Positions 1 through 9,819 of a stretch of 64,000 nt of DNA are shown here, one piece after another; position 1 is the first letter of the stretch, and each line of letters opens with the position of its first letter. Position numbers and translations under genes: made by a program. The stretch is from an uncultured archaeon (lineage in GTDB: Archaea > Asgardarchaeota > Thorarchaeia > Thorarchaeales > Thorarchaeaceae), in NCBI GenBank assembly GCA_964473825.1, contig CAYYQL010000006.1, forward strand, positions 1 through 64,000. The letters are read 5' to 3'. The notes below the pieces were generated by a model that did not search any database, was not told where the DNA came from, and saw only the letters and a list, made by a program, of their open reading frames with translations.

Positions 1-651
1 TCTTCCTTTCTTCTCCTTACGCTCAGCGCGAGCCCTGTCAGCCGCATCGATCTCCGCCCATTCCTTCATTCTCTCACGAATACGTTCGGATTGCGATTTC
101 ATGACGACCTTGAACTCTGGTGTCTTGGATGCCTCATCCACGAGTTCGTAATACGCGATGGTTTCACTATCAGTGAATTCGTAGGAAGTCGCGACTACCC
201 CATCTATGTGCATGTGCTCTGTGCCCTCCGTGAACCCCTTCTCTTCTAACAGCTCCATTGCCTCATCCACTCTCATCCTCCCAAGGTCTTCGGGGTCTGT
301 CTTCTCTCGCAGGGTTCTTATCAATGCCTTTTCTTGCTCCTTGAAGCTCCGATAGCGTTCTGATTCCTCAACAGAGAGAATCCTGAGATGCCACACCAGC
401 ATTCCCGGATTAATACCAAACTCCACTGCGTCTTCTGGAGAGACATGATCTAAGGTCTTGTCAATGACCCAACCATCCAGCAGTCTATCAACCACTCTGC
501 GAATGTCGTTCTCTGTACAGTCCATGCCTTCATCCTCAGAGAATCCAAGTAGCAGAGCGACGGCCTTGTCCAAGGGAAATCCATATTCTTCAGGATGAGA
601 TTCAATGATGTCCATGAGGTTTTCTTTCACGATTTGCGTATCGCATTTCAT
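1..651 (-). CDS. Hypothetical protein, runs off the window start (3'-partial)
   Basis: Hand-translated: ATG at 651 with GGTGAGG SD; 217 open codons (MKCDTQIVKENLMDIIESHPEEYG...KTPEFKVVMKSQSERIRERMKEW...). Absent from the ORF track because there is no stop in the window. Confidence 0.8.
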   Translation of the reverse strand, partial: MKCDTQIVKENLMDIIESHPEEYGFPLDKAVALLLGFSEDEGMDCTENDIRRVVDRLLDGWVIDKTLDHVSPEDAVEFGINPGMLVWHLRILSVEESERYRSFKEQEKALIRTLREKTDPEDLGRMRVDEAMELLEEKGFTEGTEHMHIDGVVATSYEFTDSETIAYYELVDEASKTPEFKVVMKSQSERIRERMKEWAEIDAADRARAERKEKKGR

Positions 652-860
652 GGTTCCTCACCTACAAAGTCATCATAATAGCATGGGTACACTGTGCTTT
701 TTAGCTCCTCTGCAACGGGTTTGGCTAGATCCGGTCTGCTTCTAACCCACTCCTTCATCTTCTCACGAACGCGTTCAGCCTGAAGTTCGGCGTTCCGCTT
801 GTACTCCACGGTCTTCATGAACTCGGAAACGATGCCATGGCGTGTCTATCCTCGTGGTCC
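648..860 (-). pseudogene. Remnant paralogue of the C-terminus of the 1..651 protein
   Basis: Frame reads IVSEFMKTVEYKRNAELQAERVREKMKEW vs LVDEASKTPEFKVVMKSQSERIRERMKEW. Its TGA overlaps the ATG at 651 (ATGA). An in-frame TAG lies just upstream. The 5' boundary is approximate. Confidence 0.5.
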
Positions 861-1397
861 CAATAGCTGAAGAAGTCTGAGTGAAGGCTCTTGAGGCGAG
901 GTTCGACATGGACCACCCGGAATGCAGAAGTCAGACCCATCCATGACCGGGTGCCCGTGATTCTGGAATCTTGAAAACGACTTGATTTCCTAGTCATTTT
1001 GTCAGAAAAAGTGTCAGATATATGTAAGATTTCCTCCTTGCCGACATGTAGTCTTGAACACTCGCAGGGGGGATTGAACACAGAAGTCTCTTGCAGGTGA
1101 CGTTCACTCACCAAATTGTAAGAAACGGATTATCTGGAGCCCGATGAAAAGAGTATCTGGTTAGATCCTGAGTCACCAGAGAAGACACTCATGGGCCTGC
1201 TAAATCACTTCCCCGATGGTCGGCTGGAGGTCATCGAGGTCGCAAGAGAAGTCAATGATCCAGAGAACAAGGGACCACAACTCATCCTTCCGGTTTAGGA
1301 TAGACCTCATCATCATAGACATTCTGCCACTGAGCCAGATATCCAGAGCAGATGCATTCAAATCCACGAAGACCAGTGCATTCAGAGGTGAGCGGTA

Positions 1398-1982
1398 GTG
1401 AATGCTGAGAGAGTATCACCCCAAAATCGGCGATTTGTCCCTCCCATGACAGGCCTATGGCCCGGGGAGAGGATAGTCTGGACCCGAAGAGCAGGAACCG
1501 GGTTCTGGATCACCTGCTGTGGAGTTCTGTTGATATCGAGCAGTATTTGGCTCCTCTTCGAGATTGTTTCCGATTTCGGTTTCTCAGACTTAGCTCCCCT
1601 GCTCTTTGCGACAGTGGGTGGTATTGTCATCTTGATGTACTTCTATATCGTGAGAAGACGTACCAGATACTACCTGACAGATGAGCGAATCATCGAGGTC
1701 CATGGCGACCGTATAGTCAAGGAGATTCCACTGGAGCGTTTCGCGGGAAGACCCATGGGACAGTTCTTGGAGTCACGCGTCACACATACTGTCAACAATA
1801 TGCCAATCTATGACATTCGGATATATGATCCTCTCTCAGAAGAGACCATGGTGCTCAGGAGTCTGGATGGTTTCTCTGCATCATCACTAGAAGAGATCGG
1901 GAAGATACGGGAGTGTCGGTATTGTGGCCTTGACAATATGGCAATAGCGGGCAGGTGCAAGAACTGCGGAGCTGTGTTATAG
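1398..1982 (+). CDS. Membrane protein with bacterial PH-like domain and C-terminal zinc ribbon
   Basis: Two TM segments, TRYYLTDERII (bPH-like), CRYC...CKNCG. Confidence 0.7.
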   Translation: MNAERVSPQNRRFVPPMTGLWPGERIVWTRRAGTGFWITCCGVLLISSSIWLLFEIVSDFGFSDLAPLLFATVGGIVILMYFYIVRRRTRYYLTDERIIEVHGDRIVKEIPLERFAGRPMGQFLESRVTHTVNNMPIYDIRIYDPLSEETMVLRSLDGFSASSLEEIGKIRECRYCGLDNMAIAGRCKNCGAVL

Positions 1983-2015
1983 CGGCGACGAGTAGCTGAT
2001 GCTTCAGGGAAGTAC

Positions 2016-2741
2016 TCAATCGTTGTACGAGAAGACAACCGTTTCTCCATCACAGCCAACAAGAATCTGAAATACAGAGTTCGTTCTTCTCGCGGCCAAC
2101 CCTCCCAGATACGGTTCTCGATCATCGGGCACCACAGAACGTTGAAAGATGGCTCGTTTCATACACATCATTGCCAGGTCATGGGTGATATGAAGGTGAA
2201 TCTCTGGTGCCTCCGTTTCGGCCAATCGACTGAAAGTATCTCCAAGTAGACGGGGAATATACTCCTCGAACGGCTCCATTCTCTCTCCGAACTCACCATC
2301 AGCCCAATGATTCACGAACTCGGTGACATTCTCTCCATCGGGATGAAGATTGGTCCAGACCTCCTTCTCACTGACATGAGGGCCCATCAGGACAGAGAGA
2401 GCTTCGATGTCACCCACAGTCCCGCCATTCGCAGTAATCCCCCCAGCTATGGCCTCGGCAGTCTGGAAACTCCGGGGGACTATACTCGTGAAGACGTGAT
2501 AGGGTCTATCCGTGGGTAGCCGTCGTCCTATCTCCATGGAGAGGTGTTTTCCGATCTCGGTCAACTCGCCAGTGACCATAGTTTCTACATCATCAATCTG
2601 TTCACGATGAGAGTGCCTCAAGAAGAGCAACAGAGAGGAGTCAGACGAGGAGTTTCTCGCCCACTCAACGAGTCTTTTCCCACTGTACAACCACTCAACT
2701 TCTGTCCAGTCATTCATGATTGCAGTCCACGAGGGGCGCAC
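2016..2741 (-). CDS. Histidine phosphatase superfamily protein
   Basis: LRHSHRE, TSxxxRSFQTA and HITHD motifs. Confidence 0.85.
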   Translation of the reverse strand: MRPSWTAIMNDWTEVEWLYSGKRLVEWARNSSSDSSLLLFLRHSHREQIDDVETMVTGELTEIGKHLSMEIGRRLPTDRPYHVFTSIVPRSFQTAEAIAGGITANGGTVGDIEALSVLMGPHVSEKEVWTNLHPDGENVTEFVNHWADGEFGERMEPFEEYIPRLLGDTFSRLAETEAPEIHLHITHDLAMMCMKRAIFQRSVVPDDREPYLGGLAARRTNSVFQILVGCDGETVVFSYND

Positions 2742-2870
2742 TCTCTCAGCACGGATAAACCTAGCTACTCAGGATGAGAGGGCTGGTTTCACAGCAGAAG
2801 ATGCTCCAGATGGCATTGTGTCGTCAGTGGAAGATACTTTATTCATCTTTTGTGTGTTCACTGAAAAGAG

Positions 2871-3104
2871 TTGGTGGGATTCTTGGAAGAGAAGGATGAA
2901 TATCGAGAGCTCAGGGAGTGCCCGTTCAGAAAGGTGAGATGTATTGCCAATGCTTGCATGTTCTGGACCGCCGTTGATGAACGGTCCGGGTTCTGCAACT
3001 TCAATGCAATGGAAGGCTCAACCAAGACAATCTCCACTGCGACAGCTTGCATTGCGGTCATGGTCATCATCCTGATTCTCATGATATTGAGCAGACCATG
3101 GTGA
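2871..3104 (+). CDS. Small Cys-rich protein with C-terminal TM helix
   Basis: CPFxxxxCxxxxCMFW...C pattern and hydrophobic tail. Confidence 0.5.
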   Translation: MVGFLEEKDEYRELRECPFRKVRCIANACMFWTAVDERSGFCNFNAMEGSTKTISTATACIAVMVIILILMILSRPW

Positions 3105-3437
3105 GTAGCCGTCCAGCTGACAATTGCCCTAGCGTATATCCTCGACGGGATTCCCTCCTCTCGCAATCTCAGATTCGTCTGGCATACTCCACTGATTCTG
3201 CTGCCTCGGATTCAGAAGGCTCTGAAGGATTACGCACCAGAGTCATTGTTCGTGATTGGTACGAAAGACCCGCACTACGATGAGAACATACTTTCTAGAC
3301 TTGTGAAAGAAGTAGACGGCATGATGGTGGTTATCGAAGGCGCAAACCACGGATTGGAGGTCTCAACTGATCCTGAGGAACTCTTGCAGGTCATAGAACA
3401 GGTGCTCCGAGGCCTGGAGCAGTACTTTGGTGCTTGA
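3105..3437 (+). pseudogene. N-terminally truncated alpha/beta-hydrolase
   Basis: Open frame TIALAYIL...VWHTPL...FVIGTKDPHY...IEGANHGLE keeps the Asp/His motifs, but the GxSxG elbow and a proper start are missing. Confidence 0.6.
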
Positions 3438-3471
3438 CGCAAGGCATCAAGTTGTTGAAATGTGAATTTGG

Positions 3472-3864
3472 CTACTGTTTCCCCTTTATCGCCAAGAGAT
3501 CCTCTAGGAAGAGCAGGCCAAATATCAGGTCACCGGTGACAACTCCCAAGACCAGAAGCGATGCCTCCGCAAGGAGGAAATAGTACAGTCCGATCACGAA
3601 GACCCAACATTTCTCGAAGATGGCTATCTGGACGAGGCCATGGTTCTCAGCAGTACTTCTGCTGATAAGGTAGAATCCAATACCGAAACCAAAGACTAGC
3701 CCCATGAAACAATCAAACCACAGCATGGTTGGTGGGATTGTATCCCCTGCCAACATGAAGTAGCTCATATCTATGCGAGGCAAGGTGAGGAAGACAATAG
3801 CGAGAATCCAGTTCCAGACCGCTGCGGCGAGGTACATGTACTTGTGATATCTCTCTCGATCCAT
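3472..3864 (-). CDS. Small polytopic membrane protein
   Basis: Four hydrophobic helices; likely start MDRERYHK at 3864. Confidence 0.7.
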   Translation of the reverse strand: MDRERYHKYMYLAAAVWNWILAIVFLTLPRIDMSYFMLAGDTIPPTMLWFDCFMGLVFGFGIGFYLISRSTAENHGLVQIAIFEKCWVFVIGLYYFLLAEASLLVLGVVTGDLIFGLLFLEDLLAIKGKQ

Positions 3865-4116
3865 GTGAATCCCTTCGGAGGGAACAATAGCATATCCTAG
3901 ATATAACTCCAGTGCCTCTACAAGGGGATTGGGGAGTGAAGGATTCTTCTCTGAATCAAGTGACGGACTCAATATCTCTCCTTTCGAGGGAACATCCAAA
4001 CATCGATGGGCCATAGATTTTACAGAATCGTGTTCGATCTACAGAGGTTCACAGAAGAACAGGAGATTAGAGAGTCCCAAAACGCCGACTGTGTGATGAG
4101 CGGATTCTGAAGAGCT

Positions 4117-5043
4117 TCAGAGAAGTATCTGCATGTGCTTTGCAGTTGAAAGGTTCTTTTCAGGTGCTTCAAGGTTCGGATCCAGTTTCAGGGCACGATT
4201 GAAGCACTCTATGGCACGCTTGACCTCGCCCTTTTCTCGTAGTAACACGCCCAAGTTATTCCATCCTCGAGGGTCATCAGGAACGGACGCGGTATACTCC
4301 TCCATAAAGGGAAGTGCAGCAGACCAGCGCTCCATGAACCAAAGGCTGTTTGCCAGACGTAGAAGAACAAGAGGGCGATCCCAATCAATGGTAAGGCACA
4401 GTCTGTAGAACTCGATTGCGCGTTCGTAGTTCTCGGCTTCGTAGCAGATATCCCCAACCTTCACTGCGGCGTCGCAAGAGTCAGAATCGAGTTCCATGGC
4501 CACATTCAGACTGATACAAGCCGCATTATATCGCGACTTTCGCGCCTGACAGATACCTCTCATCTCCCATACCTCAGCGACATCATCGTCTAGTTCAATG
4601 ATTAGGGAAGTTATATTCAGAACCTTACTGCATAAATTCAACCTAAAAGCAGCTCGCGCCAGAGTAAGAAGAGTATCAAGATCATCTCCACCCTTCTTGG
4701 TATAGTCCTCGAGAACGGAGAGGGCTTCCTCAAGACGACTCTCCGAGTACTCCAGATTACCGAGATATGCAAGAGAGGATATCCTTTCAGAGTTCAAGGA
4801 AAAAGCTCTTTGCAGGCATTCTCGAGCACGATCGACATCCCCTGTTCTAGTCGAGAGAACGCCGAGTTGTTCCCAGGCCTCATCATAGGAGGGAGATAGT
4901 CTCACTGCTTCTTGGAGTGAATCGATGGCTGCATGTATCTGGCCGAACTGGTGGAATTGCATCGCTCGTTGATAGTGAGCTGCTGCCTCTTCCCTTTGTT
5001 CTTCATGCACGTCCATCCAACATCCATCCCGGGAACTATGCAC
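4117..5043 (-). CDS. Tetratricopeptide repeat protein
   Basis: Repeated TPR consensus (AWEQLG, GWNNLG...A...FNRALKLDP). Confidence 0.9.
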   Translation of the reverse strand: MHSSRDGCWMDVHEEQREEAAAHYQRAMQFHQFGQIHAAIDSLQEAVRLSPSYDEAWEQLGVLSTRTGDVDRARECLQRAFSLNSERISSLAYLGNLEYSESRLEEALSVLEDYTKKGGDDLDTLLTLARAAFRLNLCSKVLNITSLIIELDDDVAEVWEMRGICQARKSRYNAACISLNVAMELDSDSCDAAVKVGDICYEAENYERAIEFYRLCLTIDWDRPLVLLRLANSLWFMERWSAALPFMEEYTASVPDDPRGWNNLGVLLREKGEVKRAIECFNRALKLDPNLEAPEKNLSTAKHMQILL

Positions 5044-5366
5044 GGGATTCCCGTGCCCGAGAGCCTCGTCGGTATCTTCTTTGCCTAGGTTTCTTATAAC
5101 TGACCAGCATAGTCATATTCTTTACTAGTACAATTCGAGTTCGACAGAGGAAAGTTTACGCTAGCAGGAGCACACTCTTTGGCCTCATGTTCCAGCCGAT
5201 ATCTCACGACATCAACTGTTGGTCCCCCACACTCCACGTAGATGTGCACGATAGATTTACATAATATTTTATCTCAGCTCCTATTAGAACGGGTCTGAAC
5301 CGAGAATCCTCGTTGATGCTGGGATAAGGCATTGCCGCCACAAAGACCCATTCTGGGTCCTACCGA

Positions 5367-5753
5367 ATGGAGTGTTCTTGCCAGATGAAATCACAAGTAG
5401 CCGGGAGCTTGGATGAAGTGCAATCATGCAAATGCGGTAGATGTGGATGTGTCGTTGTATACTCCGGAAGCCATTGTATATTCTGTGAAATGACAATCGA
5501 GATGATATGCGATCTTCTCAGGGAGTTCTCTATGGGGGTTGAGGGCGTGGTGATTGTTGATATTGAAAAGGAATGCAGTTGTGGGTGCTCGGCAGAAGTG
5601 TCAGCTCTGCCTGCAGTGAGAGTCTGTGACGAAACAGTCGTCGGACTCCCGGACAGGACAGAACTCAGGGACCTGCTGATTAATGCGATGATGAGCGAGT
5701 GCTTCCATCAGACTTGGGACTTGATGGCACTCCATTGTTCTCCCCAAGTGTAG
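5367..5753 (+). CDS. Cys-rich thioredoxin-fold protein
   Basis: VVYSGSHCIFC (CxxC), VDIE, ALPAV (cis-Pro), VVGLP. Confidence 0.6.
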   Translation: MECSCQMKSQVAGSLDEVQSCKCGRCGCVVVYSGSHCIFCEMTIEMICDLLREFSMGVEGVVIVDIEKECSCGCSAEVSALPAVRVCDETVVGLPDRTELRDLLINAMMSECFHQTWDLMALHCSPQV

Positions 5754-5782
5754 GAGTGACCAGCTAGACTGGCCAGGTTTCA

Positions 5783-6238
5783 TTAGAAATCGAGTCTCAG
5801 AGTTTCCCACTTCACCCTGCCTGCCTCTACAGCCTCCTTAATCCGTCTCTCAGTCTTGTTCAGAGAAGCTTTACCAGTCTTTATGTCGGCAAGAACTACC
5901 GTTATTGGCCTGTCAAGGTTACCATCCTTCACGGCAGTATACCCGTCGAAGATGAGATAGTCGATGGGAGCGCCTATGAACCGTGCATCAGAGGGATCAT
6001 AGCGGAATATGTCGCTCAATAGTGGAACCATGTGTTCAGCAATCTTTCCCTTCAACACGTAGCGACTTCTGTTCGCGGCGTCTTTTCTTATGGAGGACTC
6101 CTGCTCCGCCCATAGCTGTCTGAACTCAGCCTCTACAACATCGATTCGTTGACGGAGGCGCATTTTCATGGCAAAATAAACGACCATTGCAACTAGCAGT
6201 CCAGCGACGAGTCCAAGAATCATATCCTCAATAGGCAT
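5783..6238 (-). CDS. Membrane-anchored Holliday junction resolvase-like endonuclease
   Basis: N-terminal TM; GKIAEHMVP...DARFIGAPIDYLIFDG...DIKTG. Confidence 0.85.
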   Translation of the reverse strand: MPIEDMILGLVAGLLVAMVVYFAMKMRLRQRIDVVEAEFRQLWAEQESSIRKDAANRSRYVLKGKIAEHMVPLLSDIFRYDPSDARFIGAPIDYLIFDGYTAVKDGNLDRPITVVLADIKTGKASLNKTERRIKEAVEAGRVKWETLRLDF

Positions 6239-6535
6239 GACTCTATGTCATGCTGCGAGAATATAATCCCCCGTAATTGTCAGGTATTCGCTGGGCATTA
6301 TGTGGACCAAGAAAGGACCAAGATTCCATCTACTTAGTCGGGGGAATTGGCGATGGCTCCGAACTTCTGACTGTGAAATACCAGAGTTCTCACATTCATG
6401 GACCTTGACCCGAAACTCTCGATTCGGAGAGCTGGGAGAGAGTTCTGCCTGAAGGAACCACTTCAAAGGATTGAGATAGAGATATGAAGAGCACGACTTA
6501 AGAGCATTAGAACACTGAATCACTGATGATTTCCG

Positions 6536-7579
6536 ATGCCCAGTGATGTATTTAGAACTCTGAAGCTACTGTCAGAAACACCTAGTCCCGTAGGACGTGA
6601 GGAAGAGGTCCAGAAGAAGTTCATCTCTCATATTGAACCATATTGTGGAAAGATGAAACAGGATAAGATCGGGAACGTAGTCGCAACACTGGCGGGTTCA
6701 GAGAAGCATTTTGCCATTGTGGCTCATGCTGATGAGGTGGGATTTCTTATTTCAGCGATTGATTCGAACGGGTTCATGAAAACAAAGTGGAACACGCAGG
6801 GATATATGCCAGACCTTAGATTGCTGCCGGGCCAGCGAGTTCTCATCATGACTGATCAGGGGCACGTGCCTGGCTGTTTCTGTGTCAAGACTGCCCACAT
6901 TGCAGGAGCAAAGGGAAAGAAGAAGATTCCTGACTATGATGAGATTTTTCTCGATGTAGGAGAAGGCTCAGATGCGGACGTAGCAGAGAGGGGGATTAGA
7001 ATCGGAGACCCTGCAATCTATGACACTAGACTACAGCAGATTGGAAAGAACTGGGTGGGTAAGGCAATAGATGATCGTGTGGGGCTCACAGTCATGATAG
7101 AGCTTGCAGGAAGACTCTCAGGACTGGAAACTAGTCAACGGCCCACTGTGACGTTCGTGAGCACTGTCATGGAAGAACTCGGGGCCAAAGGCGCTGCCGC
7201 TGTAGCCGACGGGCTGGATGTGGACGGAGTCATCGTCCTTGACATAGGTCTCGCAGACGACTACCCGGGAACCTCTGGGGAGGCGAATGTAGCGCTGGGA
7301 GAAGGACCTGTCATTGTTGTTAAAGACAATCAGATGCACTACTCACACCACCTCAACAAACTAGTTTACCAAGCCGCACAGAACCGGAATATCCCCGTGC
7401 AACGCGCAGTCTATCACAACTACGCAACGGACGGTCAGAAGATTGCAAGTAGGGGACAGCGAGTATCTGCGATTGGTGTTCCCTGCAGGTACTCTCACAG
7501 TAGCTTTGAGACCATCAATCCAAATGACCTTGACTGGACAATTCAGCTGGTAGAAGAGTTCCTTATGAGCAGAACGTAG
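6536..7579 (+). CDS. M42 family metallo-aminopeptidase
   Basis: AHADEVG, KAIDDRVG, MEELG, LDIG, RYSHS metal-ligand motifs. Confidence 0.92.
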   Translation: MPSDVFRTLKLLSETPSPVGREEEVQKKFISHIEPYCGKMKQDKIGNVVATLAGSEKHFAIVAHADEVGFLISAIDSNGFMKTKWNTQGYMPDLRLLPGQRVLIMTDQGHVPGCFCVKTAHIAGAKGKKKIPDYDEIFLDVGEGSDADVAERGIRIGDPAIYDTRLQQIGKNWVGKAIDDRVGLTVMIELAGRLSGLETSQRPTVTFVSTVMEELGAKGAAAVADGLDVDGVIVLDIGLADDYPGTSGEANVALGEGPVIVVKDNQMHYSHHLNKLVYQAAQNRNIPVQRAVYHNYATDGQKIASRGQRVSAIGVPCRYSHSSFETINPNDLDWTIQLVEEFLMSRT

Positions 7580-7648
7580 ATTCAATACGCTAGTCACACC
7601 ATACCTGATATAAAGCAGACATCGCAGCACACTGTCTGAGGACTTATC

Positions 7649-8779
7649 GTGAAGACCGAAACCATTCAGGTTATGGCCGGAGCAGCGAGTCTTGCTGCAT
7701 TCACATATGTCCCAATACTAGCTCGCGATGTGCTGGGTGTCAACGAGTTCTACGTTACTCTCCTAGTGGGATCGTATGGGGCAGCGGGATTCGTTTCAAG
7801 CTATATCTTCGGGAGAGCGGGAGATATCTACGGGCGAAGAATCATACTGCGATTGGGACTTCTCATGGGGACGGTGAGTTTCGGACTCTTGTGCTTAGCT
7901 TCAAGTCCGGAATCTCTCTTCATTGTAAGAACATTGAACGGATTCGCCATAGGGATGTATCCAGGAGCGCTAGCTGCGTATGCATACGATTCCAAGATAA
8001 GGATGGGGAGGTTTGCGTCCTTTGGCGCCTTTGGATGGGGATTTGGAACTGCGTTTGCCGGTTATGCAGCCGGTTTCAATATCTACTACGCATTCCTGAT
8101 TTCGTCACTATTCTTCATGGTTGCATTTGCCAGCGCCCTGACGCTCCCAACGGTGCAAGAGATACATATTGATGTCCCCCGATTTCCCATTGAGACCATC
8201 AGACAAAACGCACCAGTCTATCTCGCAGTACTGATACGCCACAGTAGTGCCTTTGCCCTCTGGACACTCTGGCCACTCTTCCTGCTAGACCTTGGAGGAG
8301 ATCTCTTCACAATTGGGCTTGTTCAAGCAACGAACTCCATCGCCCAAGTCGTGTTCATGGTTGGGATAACTGATAGAATGGAGAAGCGACACCTCTTACC
8401 GTTGGGGCTCCTCAGCACCGGAGCCACATTTGCATGGTTTGCATTGGTGACAGATATATACCAGATATTCCCAGCTCAGGTCTTGCTTGGATTCTCCTGG
8501 GCATGTCTGTATGTTGGAGCGCTCAAGTACGTGACCGAAGACAATGAAGAACGTGCAACCGCATCGGGTATACTCACCTCCGTTATGTCCATGGCACAGA
8601 TCATTGGCCCAGCCATTGCTACAGTTCTCTATACAATCTGGCCGGGATACACGGCAATTTTGCTCTTTGGCGTTGGAATGTCGGTGATCGCAACGCTTGT
8701 CTTCATGATAACCAACAGAAGAAGAAACCAGAAACCGGGACATCAGCTTGCAGACCACAAGGTCGTCACTTCACGGTAG
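7649..8779 (+). CDS. MFS transporter
   Basis: About 12 TM; motif A GRAGDIYGRR. Confidence 0.9.
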   Translation: MKTETIQVMAGAASLAAFTYVPILARDVLGVNEFYVTLLVGSYGAAGFVSSYIFGRAGDIYGRRIILRLGLLMGTVSFGLLCLASSPESLFIVRTLNGFAIGMYPGALAAYAYDSKIRMGRFASFGAFGWGFGTAFAGYAAGFNIYYAFLISSLFFMVAFASALTLPTVQEIHIDVPRFPIETIRQNAPVYLAVLIRHSSAFALWTLWPLFLLDLGGDLFTIGLVQATNSIAQVVFMVGITDRMEKRHLLPLGLLSTGATFAWFALVTDIYQIFPAQVLLGFSWACLYVGALKYVTEDNEERATASGILTSVMSMAQIIGPAIATVLYTIWPGYTAILLFGVGMSVIATLVFMITNRRRNQKPGHQLADHKVVTSR

Positions 8780-9521
8780 CTTTCACAAACCAGTAGTCCT
8801 GTTCTCGGCCACCTGTACCTGAAACAGTGGGGGTGATGTCTATCATCACAAACTCTGAACTCAATAACTCTTGAATCTCTCTCGCGGAGAAAGCATAAGG
8901 CTGGGAATCAGGCTTCGGATGTCTCGGCCCTCGTACAATCGCGAGATACATCCCACTGGGATTCAGATAACTAGCAACAGAGTGAATGTATTTCTTCCTG
9001 AGACTCGAAGGTAGTGTCTGTAGAAAGGATCTCTCGAAGACATAGTCGTATTTGGAATAAGGTAATTCAACATCATCCATGAAATCGCCGACTATGGTAT
9101 GAATCGAGATGTTCATCTTCTCGGCGTTCTCTCGGATCTTGCTGATAGCTGCTGAGGAGATGTCTACTGCAGTAACATCGAAACCCCTTGCAGCCAGAAA
9201 GAGAGCATTCTCCCCGTTACCTGCCCCGGGCTCTAGCAACGTACCCGGAGTGATCGCTTCATTCTTCGTGAGGCTCACTACTACCGGATGAGGGAGACCT
9301 GTTGACCAGGGTAGTTTTTCTCGTTCGTAGGCGATTGCGTTTGCCATGAATGCCATGCATGAATAGTGGGCAAGCCCTTCTTCTCCAGTCATGTCCGCCA
9401 CCCAGCCCCTGACGGATACCGGCGGATCCTCCCCTGTGAAGGGGGCATCACAGAGAACACATCGCCCTTTGTTTTCGTGGTTCATCTTAGCTCTTTCCAA
9501 GTCACGGGTTGCTGTAGACAT
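8766..9521 (-). CDS. Class I SAM methyltransferase (TPMT/TehB-like) with N-terminal CxxC...HxxC module
   Basis: LLEPGAGNG, AVDISSAAI; CVLC...HYSC. Confidence 0.8.
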   Translation of the reverse strand: MSTATRDLERAKMNHENKGRCVLCDAPFTGEDPPVSVRGWVADMTGEEGLAHYSCMAFMANAIAYEREKLPWSTGLPHPVVVSLTKNEAITPGTLLEPGAGNGENALFLAARGFDVTAVDISSAAISKIRENAEKMNISIHTIVGDFMDDVELPYSKYDYVFERSFLQTLPSSLRKKYIHSVASYLNPSGMYLAIVRGPRHPKPDSQPYAFSAREIQELLSSEFVMIDITPTVSGTGGREQDYWFVKATVK

Positions 9522-9819
9522 TTGAACAAGAACGCGGCGCCCTTATAGATACATGGGCGAGTTACGGAAAATAGTGAGGTTCGGCCTTTTTTCTTCCAAC
9601 CTTTCCAAATCGCTTCCCTGGTATTGAACACTCTCCTGACAGACTATCATGGTAGTACACGGGGCACGGTCATATAGATGAGCTCATGGAGTTTCAAAAG
9701 ATTCTGGCGCGGATCAGGAGGGTCTAGAATCATAATGACAGGTATCCACACAAGGAAAACCATTTGTAACTTCGTGTGCAACACACCCGGGATTATCTGC
9801 TGAACGATGAGGGTGTCAT

